In this document: positions 8,640-18,360 of the stretch, piece by piece
How the letters are laid out: every line of letters begins with the position of its first letter
Position numbering within the stretch: position 1 is the first letter of the stretch
Virus record (IMG/VR): IMGVR_UViG_3300045454_000060
Coordinates: 1 to 64,000 of that record
Strand: one strand, 5' to 3'
Source: a virus
Length of the DNA: 64,000 nt
Notes under the pieces: model-generated
The model's input: the letters and a program-made list of their open reading frames with translations, nothing else
What the model was told of the DNA's origin: nothing
Database searches by the model: none
Translations under genes and position numbers: made by a program

Positions 8640-9303
8640 ACCCAACATCCGGCTGATGCCGCTCGAGTGGCTGCAGCCCTACGCCAAGAACGCCAAGCTG
8701 CACCCGCCGGAGGAGATCAAGCGTCTCGCCGCGACCATCAAGCGCTTCGGCTGGGATCAGCCGATCGTCGCCGAAGCCGACGGGACCATCATCAAGGGCC
8801 ACGGCCGTCGCCTGGCCGCGATCGAGCTCGGGCTCGACACGGTGCCGGTGTGGATTCGCAGCGATCTCAGCAGGGCCGAGGCCGATGCCGCGCGCATCGC
8901 CGACAACGCCGCCTTCGGCATGCGCTACGACACCGCGCTGATGCAGGAGGAGCTGCGCCGGCTGATGGCGGAGGCGCCGGAGATCTCGCTCGACGACCTG
9001 GCGCTTACCGACAAGGATCGCACCCTGCTCACCGAGCAGCTCGATCGCGCCGACGCCGACGCCATCCTCGACGAGATGGACAGCGAGATCGAGCGGCAGA
9101 AGAAGGAGGATGCCGAACGGGTCGAGAACGCGGATGCCGAGATGGTGCCGCTCGCCAAGGCGTTCGGCTTCGGCAAGATCCGCAAATCCGACGAGCGCGT
9201 GCTGATGAGCTTCATGGCCGAGGCCGAGGCGGCAACCGGCAAGGAAGGCTACGAGGCCTTCATCGGCGGGCTGAAGCTCGCCGCCGAGCGAGGGTTCGCG
9301 TGA
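8632..9303 (+). CDS. ParB/Srx-domain protein 2
   Basis: PYAKNAKLH...FGWDQPIV...IIKGHGRRLAA...RIADN. Confidence 0.88.
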   Translation: MSEPNIRLMPLEWLQPYAKNAKLHPPEEIKRLAATIKRFGWDQPIVAEADGTIIKGHGRRLAAIELGLDTVPVWIRSDLSRAEADAARIADNAAFGMRYDTALMQEELRRLMAEAPEISLDDLALTDKDRTLLTEQLDRADADAILDEMDSEIERQKKEDAERVENADAEMVPLAKAFGFGKIRKSDERVLMSFMAEAEAATGKEGYEAFIGGLKLAAERGFA

Positions 9304-9938
9304 TCTACACCATCACCAGGGGCTTCGAGACCCGCACCGAGCGCTCCGAGCGCGTGCTCGAAATCGCCGAAACCTTCGGCCTCGGGCTGAGCGACCGCCG
9401 GTTCTGGGTATTCCGCGACCTGAAGGTCGAGATCAGACAGGGCGAGGTGGTCTACATCACCGGCCAGTCCGGCAGCGGCAAGTCGCTGCTGCTGCGCGAA
9501 CTCTCGGCGCAGATGAGCGCCTCGGGGCTGCGCGTGACGAACATCGACCAGGTGGAGCTCGAGGATCGCGCCCTGATCGACCAGGTGGGCCGCTCGATGA
9601 GCGAGGCGATCGAGCTTCTGAGTCGCGCCGGCATCAACGACGCCTACCTGGCCATCCGCAAGCCGGCCGAGCTGTCCGACGGGCAGCGCTATCGACTGCG
9701 CCTGGCGAAGCTGATGCAGACCGAGGCGGATGTCTGGGTCGCCGACGAGTTCGGCGCCGTGCTCGATCGCGTCACCGCCAAGGCGGTGGCCTTCAACGCC
9801 CAGAAGCTCGCCCGCGCCCGCAAGGTGACGCTGCTGGTCGCCACCACCCACACCGATCTCGAAGAGGAGCTTGGACCCGATCTGCTGATCACCAAGCGCT
9901 TCCAGAACAGGGTTGAACTTGTCCGGAAGGATCAGTAA
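9300..9938 (+). CDS. Soluble ABC-family ATPase (no permease partner)
   Basis: GQSGSGKS, LSDGQ signature, VADE Walker B and TTH motifs. Confidence 0.88.
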   Translation: MIYTITRGFETRTERSERVLEIAETFGLGLSDRRFWVFRDLKVEIRQGEVVYITGQSGSGKSLLLRELSAQMSASGLRVTNIDQVELEDRALIDQVGRSMSEAIELLSRAGINDAYLAIRKPAELSDGQRYRLRLAKLMQTEADVWVADEFGAVLDRVTAKAVAFNAQKLARARKVTLLVATTHTDLEEELGPDLLITKRFQNRVELVRKDQ

Positions 9939-9941
9939 GCG

Positions 9942-10184
9942 ATGACGATCAAGCAGAGACTGCGCCGCTATCTCAAGGAAATCGGACGCGGCGGCTCGCG
10001 CCTGCTGAACGCGATGTTCGGCGGGCCCGGGGACGTGACCTTCTCGGCCTGGAGCTGGGAGCTGGTGCTGCGCGGCAGCGCCTGGGGACGCTGGCGCGTC
10101 CGGGTGCTGGACGCGATCAGCGGCGAGAACCACTGCTACGACGCCTGGATCTGGCACCGCACGCGGGGGCTGATCGTCCGATGA
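9942..10184 (+). CDS. Hypothetical protein
   Basis: 80-aa ORF in the operon. Confidence 0.6.
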   Translation: MTIKQRLRRYLKEIGRGGSRLLNAMFGGPGDVTFSAWSWELVLRGSAWGRWRVRVLDAISGENHCYDAWIWHRTRGLIVR

Positions 10185-10645
10185 ACCCGCAGGTCGTGAT
10201 CATGGACATCGACGGCACGCTCGCCAATGCCGATCATCGCCTGCACCACATCCGGGGCATGACCTCGGAGGAGGCGGAGCAGAAGGCGGAGGGCTGGCGC
10301 GCCTTCCTCGCCGCCGCCGAGCATGACTCGGTAAACGACGAGATCCGCTTCCTCAACAACGTGCTGCACGAGCACGCCCTGGTGTTCATCGTCACCGGGC
10401 GCAACGAGAACGATCGTGCGATGACGCTCGCCTGGCTGGCGCAGCACGGCATCCTCTACGACCGCATCTACATGCGCCGCGCCGACGATCGCCGCCCGGA
10501 CACCGAGGTGAAGCGCGAGGTGCTGGAACAGATCCGCGCCGAGGGGTTCAAGGTGCAGTTCGCGGTCGAGGACCGCGCTTCGGTGACCGCCATGTGGCGC
10601 GCCGAGGGGCTGCGCTGCCTGCAGGTCTGCGACGGCAAGTATTGA
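10181..10645 (+). CDS. HAD-family phosphatase (PNKP 3'-phosphatase-like)
   Basis: DIDGTLA, VTGR, MR..DD.RPD..VK and EDR motifs. Confidence 0.85.
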   Translation: MNPQVVIMDIDGTLANADHRLHHIRGMTSEEAEQKAEGWRAFLAAAEHDSVNDEIRFLNNVLHEHALVFIVTGRNENDRAMTLAWLAQHGILYDRIYMRRADDRRPDTEVKREVLEQIRAEGFKVQFAVEDRASVTAMWRAEGLRCLQVCDGKY

Positions 10646-10920
10646 TGAGCTGGGCCGACACCCTGCTGGTGTTCGCCAGCTCCTACGCGCTGGTGTTCCT
10701 GCTGGTGATCCAGCAGCGCACGATCCAGGCCTCGCGTTACCTGATGGCGTTCCTGTTCTCGAGCCTGATCGGCGTGGTCAACACGCTGATCGTGCGCGGC
10801 GCGGTCGGCGACGACCTGACCTGGTTCCTGATCGCGCACTGCCTGGGCGGCTCGTCCGGGGTGGTGTGCGCGATCTGGCTCTATGACACCGTGCTCGGCC
10901 ACAAGGACAAGAGCGCATGA
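10645..10920 (+). CDS. Small membrane protein
   Basis: Three hydrophobic segments; TGATG coupling with the upstream gene. Confidence 0.6.
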   Translation: MSWADTLLVFASSYALVFLLVIQQRTIQASRYLMAFLFSSLIGVVNTLIVRGAVGDDLTWFLIAHCLGGSSGVVCAIWLYDTVLGHKDKSA

Positions 10921-12062
10921 ATTGGCAATGGCCAGCACCAGTCAGTCCGGAATTGGCACAGCGTCAATTCGAGGCGCTGAAGCGATCCGATGGCACCATG
11001 GACGATGACCTGAGCGCGATCTTCAGCGGCTCAGACTGCGCCATCCGGCGTGTTCCCAAACCACGTGCGCGCTTCCCGCTGCTCGAGGAGATGTGGGTCG
11101 AGCGCGGCGATCGAGCGGATTGGGACCTGCTGCACGGGCTTCACTACAAGATGCAGTCCACGCCGGTCGGGGCGAAATACTGGCGCGTGCGCTTCCGCGG
11201 CGAGACCATCGGTGTCTGCGTGTTCGGCATGTCGCGCCCGCTCTTGAAGGAGCGCCACGCGATCTTCCCGCGCCTGACCCCGGGGCAGGACACGCAGCTC
11301 ACCAACATCCACCGCTACCGCTACATCAACGACAACTTCCGGGTGATCGGGCGGCTGGTGGTGGACACGATGTTCCGCTCCGCCGGCGTGGCCTACCGCT
11401 TCGCCAACCTGGCCTCGCGCATGACCGGCTTCACCTACATCGAGATCCAGTCCTCGATGTCGAAATACAACCTGTTTGCCCAGCGTGCCGGCTTCACCTT
11501 TGTTCGGCCGATCCGCTCGCCCAACTACGACAAGGGGCTGCGCTTCATGCGCCGCTTCTTCGCGGCGCATCCTGGCGATCAGGAAGCACTGATGGAGGAG
11601 TTCGCGCGTTTCCCGCCCGCCATGCAGAAGAAGGTCGAGCGGGAGCTGAAGGCCTTCTACTACGACCATTCGCCGCTGGAGAAGACCGGCTCGCGGCGCT
11701 TCTACAGCGATCGGGTGGTGGACAATTGGGGGGTGCGCCGCACCATCTCGAAGATCCAGGGGCTCTGCTTCGCCAGCCCGCTCTACGGGCTCTACAAGAA
11801 CCCCGACGCGGTCGGGCGCGCCGGCGCGAGCTGGGGCGGGGATCTGCCCGCTCGTCTGCCGCTGCTCGCCTTCGACCTGCAGGCGCCCGAACAGCCCCTG
11901 GCACTGGCGCGGCTCGACAAGGTTCCGGGTTGGGGCGAGCTGCAGGCGGCTCTCGCCACGCACCCTGAATGGGGTGCGCCGACGCGGCTCCCGGAAGGTT
12001 TCCTGGAGGCGGAGGACGATGGCGAGGAGCTGCAGGATCTGCAGGAGGTAAGTCATGCGTGA
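10917..12062 (+). CDS. GNAT-fold acetyltransferase-like protein (Mom-like; candidate DNA-modifying enzyme)
   Basis: N-terminal LHY motif, RLVVDTMFRSAGVA acetyl-CoA-binding loop, and ABC ATPase/ParB neighbours. Confidence 0.7.
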   Translation: MNWQWPAPVSPELAQRQFEALKRSDGTMDDDLSAIFSGSDCAIRRVPKPRARFPLLEEMWVERGDRADWDLLHGLHYKMQSTPVGAKYWRVRFRGETIGVCVFGMSRPLLKERHAIFPRLTPGQDTQLTNIHRYRYINDNFRVIGRLVVDTMFRSAGVAYRFANLASRMTGFTYIEIQSSMSKYNLFAQRAGFTFVRPIRSPNYDKGLRFMRRFFAAHPGDQEALMEEFARFPPAMQKKVERELKAFYYDHSPLEKTGSRRFYSDRVVDNWGVRRTISKIQGLCFASPLYGLYKNPDAVGRAGASWGGDLPARLPLLAFDLQAPEQPLALARLDKVPGWGELQAALATHPEWGAPTRLPEGFLEAEDDGEELQDLQEVSHA

Positions 12063-12095
12063 CTATCATAGTCTGGACGGGGTTGGAGAGGCAAC

Positions 12096-12344
12096 ATGAG
12101 CCCGAAAATGAAACGGGTGCTGAAGCTGGTGGCGGCGGCACCCTCTGGGAAGGAGCTGAGCCTTGATGATCTCATCAGGGTTCTGGGAGAGGGTGCCAGC
12201 AGGCAGGCGATGCAGTCCACCATCCGCTACCTGGAAGGGAAGTATCTCCTGGAGAGGGTCTATGAGACCCGTGGTGGCAAGGTTCGCATGGTGCTGAGGC
12301 CTACCCCGAGGGGAAGTGCCATGGCTGCCGCGCTGGAGAGGTAA
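12096..12344 (+). CDS. Winged-helix DNA-binding protein
   Basis: SRQAMQSTIRYLEGKYLLER...LRPTPRG wHTH pattern. Confidence 0.7.
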   Translation: MSPKMKRVLKLVAAAPSGKELSLDDLIRVLGEGASRQAMQSTIRYLEGKYLLERVYETRGGKVRMVLRPTPRGSAMAAALER

Positions 12345-12485
12345 TTCCTGGGGGAGATTCAATGAGTTAGAGAGCATGGTTTGCGATTCTTGTTGATTTT
12401 CCTGGGAGGGTGTTGAGATTCTTGAGTGTTTTCAATGGGTTGGAGAAAGATCGAAACCTTGGCTGCAACGATGTCTTCGGGCTAA

Positions 12486-12540
12486 GTTTGTAGTATTTAT
12501 GTATATATATTATATATATAATACTTATATATCTTACGTA
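12486..12540. other. Extremely AT-rich (TA)n tract upstream of the terminase genes
   Basis: GTAGTATTTATGTATATATATTATATATATAATACTTATATATC in a GC-rich genome. Confidence 0.8.
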
Positions 12541-12687
12541 GAAAGAGGGTGTTTGGCTTCAAGGGGCAGGGACGCAAAAATCTCACTTAGCGCTGAGTTA
12601 GCCCCTTGATGTGGCATTTCTGCCACAGGTATAGGTCAGTCAGCCGTGAGTGTGTTATGATGTTGCGCAGCAGCGCCAGAGAACGCA

Positions 12688-13332
12688 ATGAGTGACGCGA
12701 ACCAGGACAAGACCGAACTTGACGCGGGAGAGGGCAGGCCTGCCCGGCCCATGCGCAAGCTGTTCCCGAAGGAATGGCTCGAGATCGTCGGCATGGCCAA
12801 GTCCGGCGTGCCGGTCGAGAAGATCGCCAAGAGCTTCGGCGTCCAGCCTTCCACGATCTACAAGGGCCTGAAGCGGCGCAACATCACGATCGGCGCCTAC
12901 ACGCCCTCGGCCGCCGAGGTGCATGAGAGCGCCGAGCGGCGCGAACTGATCGCCAGGATCAAGGAGACCAAGGACAAGGACTACCGCTTCACCGAGTTCC
13001 TGCAGCGCCAGGTGGTCACTCTGATCGCCGAGCAGCAGAAGGAGAAGCGCCCCTTCGCCGCCGTGATCGACGACGTCAAGGCGCTCAAACTGGCGCTCGA
13101 CGCGGTGCGCTCCGGCACCGACAACAAGTGGAAGATCCTCGGGCTCGACAAGGAGAACGACGACGCCGACAAGGAGCTGCCGGAGCTGCCGCTGCGCGAG
13201 CTCACCGAGGACGAGATCGCCGCGATTCGCGACCGCCAGATCATGGAGGATGGCGGCGAGGCGCTCGAGGCGCTCGATGGCGAGGACGAGGGCGAGATCG
13301 TCGAGGAGTCCGGCGAGCCGGACGAGGACTGA
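12688..13332 (+). CDS. Terminase small subunit (putative)
   Basis: N-terminal HTH (VEKIAKSFGVQPSTIY); directly upstream of the large terminase. Confidence 0.7.
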   Translation: MSDANQDKTELDAGEGRPARPMRKLFPKEWLEIVGMAKSGVPVEKIAKSFGVQPSTIYKGLKRRNITIGAYTPSAAEVHESAERRELIARIKETKDKDYRFTEFLQRQVVTLIAEQQKEKRPFAAVIDDVKALKLALDAVRSGTDNKWKILGLDKENDDADKELPELPLRELTEDEIAAIRDRQIMEDGGEALEALDGEDEGEIVEESGEPDED

Positions 13333-14598
13333 ATGCCCGCGCTCGCCGCGCGTCCGGCCGTCGTCGGCCTGGCGCTCCATCCGCGTCAGAATCAGGTCTT
13401 CCAGGCGCCGCATCGCTTCAAGGTGGTGGTTGCCGGGCGGCGCTGGGGCAAGTCCAAACTCGCCCTTGCCGAGCTGCTGCGCGCCGCCAAGAAGCCGCGC
13501 CAGCTCGTCTGGTATGTCTGCCCGACCTACCGCATGGCGAAGCAGATCATGTGGGTGGATCTCATGGACACGATCCCCCGCGCCTGGATTCGCAAGTCCA
13601 ACGAGACCGCGCTCGAGGTGCTGCTGGTCAACGGCTCCAGGATCTGCCTGAAAGGTGCGGACAAGGCCGATACTCTCCGCGGCGTCGGCATTCACTACCT
13701 GGTCATGGACGAGATGCAGGACATCCGCCCCGAGGTGTGGGACGTGGTGCTGCGTCCTACGCTCGCCTCGACGCGCGGGCGTGCTCTGTTCGTCGGCACG
13801 CCGAAATCCTACAACCACTTCTACGAGCTCTATCAGCGCGGCCAGAAGGAGATCAACCAGAAGACCGGCCAGTGGAGGAGCTGGCAGTTCCCGACCATCA
13901 CCAGCCCCTTCATCCCGCTCTCCGAGATCGAGGCGGCGCGTGCCGACATGGACGAGCGCTCCTTCCGCCAGGAGTTCGAGGCGACCTTCGAGTCGATGTC
14001 CGGGCGGGTCTACTACAACTTCTCGCGCACGATGCATGTCGGGGATTACCCGTTCAACCCCAAGCTGCCGATCTGGATCGGTCAGGACTTCAACGTCGAT
14101 CCGATGTGCTCGGTCATTCTGCAGCAGCAGGTGAACGGAGAGATCTGGGCGGTGGATGAGATCTACCAGCCCAACTCCAATACCGACGAGGTGATCGACG
14201 AGATCGAGCGTCGCTACTGGCGCCACATGAAGCAGATCACGGTGTTTCCTGACCCTGCCGGCGCCAATCGCTCGACGCGCGGGCGAGGGGAGAGCGACAT
14301 GGACATCTTCCGCGAGCGCGGCATCCTGCGCCTGCGCTACCGCCGCAAGCACCCCTCGGTGACCGATCGCGTCAACGCGGTCAACCGCATGCTGCGCACC
14401 GCCGACGGCACGATCCGCCTGCGCGTGAACGGCGCCTGCCGGCATCTGATCGAGAGCCTGGAACAGACCCTCTACAAGAAGGGCTCGCCCGAGATCGACA
14501 AAAGCCAGGGGCTCGAGCACATGACCGATGCGCTCGGCTACCCGATCGAGCTGCTGTTCCCGCGCCGGCGCATCGAGCCTGTGGGCGTTTCGATCTGA
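13333..14598 (+). CDS. terL: Terminase large subunit
   Basis: AGRRWGKS, LVMDE, GTP, GQDFN and H..DALGY motifs. Confidence 0.95.
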   Translation: MPALAARPAVVGLALHPRQNQVFQAPHRFKVVVAGRRWGKSKLALAELLRAAKKPRQLVWYVCPTYRMAKQIMWVDLMDTIPRAWIRKSNETALEVLLVNGSRICLKGADKADTLRGVGIHYLVMDEMQDIRPEVWDVVLRPTLASTRGRALFVGTPKSYNHFYELYQRGQKEINQKTGQWRSWQFPTITSPFIPLSEIEAARADMDERSFRQEFEATFESMSGRVYYNFSRTMHVGDYPFNPKLPIWIGQDFNVDPMCSVILQQQVNGEIWAVDEIYQPNSNTDEVIDEIERRYWRHMKQITVFPDPAGANRSTRGRGESDMDIFRERGILRLRYRRKHPSVTDRVNAVNRMLRTADGTIRLRVNGACRHLIESLEQTLYKKGSPEIDKSQGLEHMTDALGYPIELLFPRRRIEPVGVSI

Positions 14599-14648
14599 CG
14601 TTGCGTCTTAGTCAGCGCTGAGCTATACTTCCCCCGGAGAGACGCATC

Positions 14649-16223
14649 GTGCCCTTTACCCTCCCAACCGAGCAGAAGGAGCTGCTGGCCCTCGTGGACC
14701 GGCGGCACCCGCGCTATGCCGAGCGTCTGGCGCACTGGCTGTTCTGCCGGGCGACGCATGACGGCGGGCGCGACTGGTTCCTGACCAACATCTTCCGCTA
14801 CCTGAAGGAAGGGAACCGGGAGTTCAGGGATCGTCTGAGGCGCGCCTATCGCTTCAATCACACGCGCGAAGTCGTGCGCCTGGTGACCAAATACATCTTC
14901 AAGTCGGGTGTCATCCGCAATCTGGAGGAGACGCCGAAAGAGCTTCGGCGCTTCTGGAAGCACACCACCGTGAAGGGCGCGGGGATCGACGAGTTCATGC
15001 GGCGCGCCTCGGATCTGGCGTCGATCTACGGTCGGGTCTGGCTGGTGGTGGACAGCGACGTGCCGGCGGATGTGCTCACCCGTGCCGATGAGCAGAGCGG
15101 GCGGTCGCGTCTGTTCGCCTACACGGTCACGCCCGAGGACATGCTGGACTATGCCTGGGACGATCATGGCGAGCTGCTCTGGGCGCTCTGGCGCGTGACG
15201 TATCGCGATGACGCCGATCCCGTGCTGTCCTCCGGCGCGGTGCTGCCGCGCTACATGCTCTGGACGCGCGAGGGTTTCGCCGTGCTGCAGGAGCATGCCG
15301 GGCGCCGGCGCGAGGAGCGCCAGATCGAGGTCATCCGCGTCGGCGACAACCCGATCGGCCAGGTGCCGCTGGTGCCGCTCGACGAGCAGGAATCGGACGA
15401 TCCCTACGATGTGCCGGGGCTGATCGCCGACATCGCCTATCTCGACCGCGCGGTCGCCAACTACGTTTCGAATCTCGACGCGATCATCCAGGATCAGACC
15501 TTCTCGCAGCTCGCCATGCCTGGCCAGGGGCTGCTGCCGGGCGAGGATGCCTACAACAAGGTGCTCGAAATGGGCACCAAGCGCGTGTTCATCTACGACG
15601 GCGAGGCCTCCTCCGGGCCCGAATACATCTCCCCCGACGCCTCGCAGGCGCAGGTCATTCTCGGCACGATCAACAAGATTATCGCCGAGATCTACCACTC
15701 GGTCGGGCTCGCCGGCGAGCGCACCAAGCAGGACAACGCGGTCGGCATCGACAATTCCTCCGGCGTGGCCAAGGCCTACGACTTCGAGCGGGTGAACAGC
15801 CTGCTCGCCGGCAAGGCGGATGTGCTGGAGCGCGCCGAGGATCGCCTGCTCGCTCTGGCCGCGCTCTGGATCGGCGTCAAGCTTCCCAGGGGCGAGGACG
15901 ACGAGGTCAAGGATCTGGTCAAGTATCCCGACAGCTTTGACGTGCGCTCGCTCTACGACGAGTTCGAGATCGCCGAGAATCTGGCTCTGCTCGAGGCCCC
16001 CGACGAGGTGCGGCGCGAGCAGATGCGCACCCTGGTCGCCAAGATGTTCCCGCGCCATCCGCGCGCGAAGCTCGAGGCGATGGAGAAGGACGTGGCGGCC
16101 TGGCCGCCACGGGCGGAGATCGCCCCCGCGGGATCGCCGTTCGATCAGCCGACGCCTGGGCGCCGTCCCGTCGGGTCCCAGCCCCGCCAGGGCCAGGTCA
16201 CGGCCGACACCGACACCGAGTAA
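14649..16223 (+). CDS. Portal protein
   Basis: 524 aa directly after TerL; SGVAKAYDF motif. Confidence 0.85.
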   Translation: MPFTLPTEQKELLALVDRRHPRYAERLAHWLFCRATHDGGRDWFLTNIFRYLKEGNREFRDRLRRAYRFNHTREVVRLVTKYIFKSGVIRNLEETPKELRRFWKHTTVKGAGIDEFMRRASDLASIYGRVWLVVDSDVPADVLTRADEQSGRSRLFAYTVTPEDMLDYAWDDHGELLWALWRVTYRDDADPVLSSGAVLPRYMLWTREGFAVLQEHAGRRREERQIEVIRVGDNPIGQVPLVPLDEQESDDPYDVPGLIADIAYLDRAVANYVSNLDAIIQDQTFSQLAMPGQGLLPGEDAYNKVLEMGTKRVFIYDGEASSGPEYISPDASQAQVILGTINKIIAEIYHSVGLAGERTKQDNAVGIDNSSGVAKAYDFERVNSLLAGKADVLERAEDRLLALAALWIGVKLPRGEDDEVKDLVKYPDSFDVRSLYDEFEIAENLALLEAPDEVRREQMRTLVAKMFPRHPRAKLEAMEKDVAAWPPRAEIAPAGSPFDQPTPGRRPVGSQPRQGQVTADTDTE

Positions 16224-16245
16224 CACATCGCAGAGAGTGGACGTC

Positions 16246-17229
16246 ATGCCGAGCATCACCCCGCCGATCGCCGTTCCAGGTTCCGGCTACAAGGACAAGG
16301 TTCCGGTCGCCCTGTCGGCCGAGTTTGCGCATCGTGGCCTGCGGGGCCTGATGGCCGACATGCTGCGCTACGGCGTGCGCTTCGAGCCGGAGAATGGCAG
16401 CGGCGGCGGCGTGTCCGATGTCGGCGACAACGCCGGTGATGCCGGCGACGACGGGCAGAGCGAGACTCAGAAGAAGCCTGTCAAGCAGGCGAAGAAGCCT
16501 GTCAAGTCATCCGACAAGAGCGACGGGGGCGATGATGGCGCGAGCGATGATGCGCGCGCCGCGCTCGAGCGTCAGATTCGCGATCTGAACGAGCGTCTCG
16601 CCGGCTACGGTGACGCCACGCCCGAGGAGATCAAGGAGCTGCGCGATCTTCGCCGGCGTGCCGACGAGGAGAAGGTCAAGCGTGACAAGGAGGCGCGCGA
16701 GGCCGAGGAGCGGCGTCTGCGCGAGACCGGCGATTTTGAGACGCTGAAGCAGCGCATGGCCGAGGAGCATGAGCGCGAGGTCGAGACGATCCGCAAGCAG
16801 GCGCGCGAGCTCGAGGGTCAGGTCGAGGCGTTGACTCGTCAGGTGCAGAACATGGCGCTCAGCTCGGCCTTCTCAGGGTCGCGTTTCATCGCCGAGGAGA
16901 CCGTGCTGACCCCAGGCAAGGCGCACAAGATCTACGGCGATCACTTCGAGGTCGAGAACGGCACGGTGGTCGGCTACGACGCTCCCAAGGGGGCGGAGAA
17001 GCGCACCCGGTTGGTGGACTCGCGCGGCCGTCCGCTGCTGTTCGACGAGGCGATGAAGCGTCTCGTCGAGACCGACGGCGATCGCGATCTGGTGCTGCGC
17101 GCGAAGCAGAAGCCGGGTTCCGGCGTAGTGCCTTCGGGCAGCAAGCCGGCCGAGAAGAAGTCGGCCGAGATCAGTGGCATCGCGCGCATCAAAGCCGGTC
17201 TCGGCGCGCTGATGGGCAGCGCCGACTGA
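16246..17229 (+). CDS. Capsid scaffold protein
   Basis: Coiled-coil charged protein between portal and capsid genes. Confidence 0.75.
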   Translation: MPSITPPIAVPGSGYKDKVPVALSAEFAHRGLRGLMADMLRYGVRFEPENGSGGGVSDVGDNAGDAGDDGQSETQKKPVKQAKKPVKSSDKSDGGDDGASDDARAALERQIRDLNERLAGYGDATPEEIKELRDLRRRADEEKVKRDKEAREAEERRLRETGDFETLKQRMAEEHEREVETIRKQARELEGQVEALTRQVQNMALSSAFSGSRFIAEETVLTPGKAHKIYGDHFEVENGTVVGYDAPKGAEKRTRLVDSRGRPLLFDEAMKRLVETDGDRDLVLRAKQKPGSGVVPSGSKPAEKKSAEISGIARIKAGLGALMGSAD

Positions 17230-17347
17230 TTCGGCTACCCACTCAGCATTGACTGAAAAAAGATGTTGGCGCGCGCCTTCATTCGTGGCAGAATATAAGT
17301 CACTGATGAGTGACGGCCTCGTGCCGATCTGAGAAAGAGGAACACCC

Positions 17348-18250
17348 ATGCCCCTGCTTCGCACCGAGGCCGAGAAGCTGTCGAACAACCATCTCGTCGC
17401 CGGCGTGATCGAGGAGATTCTCGACACCGACGAGATGTTCGCGCTGCTGCCGTTCGTCCAGGTGAACGGCAAGGCCTATGTCTACGACCGCGAGAACGCC
17501 CTCCCGGGTGCCGACTTCCTCGACCCGAACGACCCGATCAACGAGAGCGCGGCGACCTTCACCGAGGTGACGGCCAAGCTCAAGATCCTCGCGGGCGACG
17601 TGGACGTGGACAAGTTTCTCGCGCAGACCATGGGCGACACCAACGACCAGGTGGCTATTCAGGTCGCGGCCAAGGCGAAGGCGGTGGCGCGCAAGTTCTC
17701 GGCCACGCTCGCCGCGGGCGATGTGACCGTGGACGCCAAGAGCTTCGACGGCATCCCCAAGCTGGTCGCGGCCGGTCAGACCATCACCGCTGGCGCCAAC
17801 GGCGCGGCCGTGTCGCTGTCGATGATCGACGAGCTGAAGGACGCGGTGCCGCTGCGCCCGGACGCCTATGTGATGCGCAAGGGCACCTGGCGCGCGATCA
17901 AGGCGCTGCTGCGCGCCGCCGGCGGCAACACCGCCGAGACCATGATGCTCGAGAACTTCGGTCGCCCGGTGCCCGCGTTCGATGGCATCCCGGTGCTGGT
18001 GAACGACTTCCTGGTCGCCAACGAGGTGCAGGGCACGGCGCCCAACACCTGCTCGATCTATGCCGTGCGCTTCAACGAGGCCGACGGCCTGCACGGGCTC
18101 TATGGTGGGCCGAATGCCGGCATGGTGGTCGAGAACATCGGCACCGTCCAGAACAAGGACGCCAACCGCATCCGCGTGAAGTGGTATTGCGGTCTGGCGC
18201 TGAAGTCCACGCGCTCGATCGCGCGCATCAAGGGCATCACCAACATCTAG
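17348..18250 (+). CDS. Major capsid protein
   Basis: 300 aa, strongly biased codons, FDGI motif, C-terminal RVKWYCGLA...ARIKGI; terminator follows. Confidence 0.9.
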   Translation: MPLLRTEAEKLSNNHLVAGVIEEILDTDEMFALLPFVQVNGKAYVYDRENALPGADFLDPNDPINESAATFTEVTAKLKILAGDVDVDKFLAQTMGDTNDQVAIQVAAKAKAVARKFSATLAAGDVTVDAKSFDGIPKLVAAGQTITAGANGAAVSLSMIDELKDAVPLRPDAYVMRKGTWRAIKALLRAAGGNTAETMMLENFGRPVPAFDGIPVLVNDFLVANEVQGTAPNTCSIYAVRFNEADGLHGLYGGPNAGMVVENIGTVQNKDANRIRVKWYCGLALKSTRSIARIKGITNI

Positions 18251-18311
18251 TCATCGGTGAGTGCCTGACCACCCTGAAGGAAGGGCGGGGCGTGCCTTCC
18301 CCGTCTGAGTG

Positions 18312-18342
18312 AAGGGCGGGGCGCGCGCCCCGCCCTTTTTTT
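18312..18342 (+). terminator. Rho-independent terminator after the capsid gene
   Basis: AAGGGCGGGGCG-CG-CGCCCCGCCC followed by a T7 run. Confidence 0.85.
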
Positions 18343-18360
18343 CGTCACTGACACGGATTG

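Noticed and set aside
7738-9303. ParB proteins as partition partners of ParA
   Set aside because: They have only Srx-type domains with no evident HTH, and ParA has its own adjacent RHH partner 40 kb away.
9300-9938. ABC transporter
   Set aside because: There is no permease or substrate-binding partner, and the context is ParB/GNAT/terminase.
12486-12540. Protelomerase target (linear phage-plasmid telomere)
   Set aside because: The (TA)n symmetry is low-complexity, the flanks are not inverted, and no protelomerase is recognised in the window.
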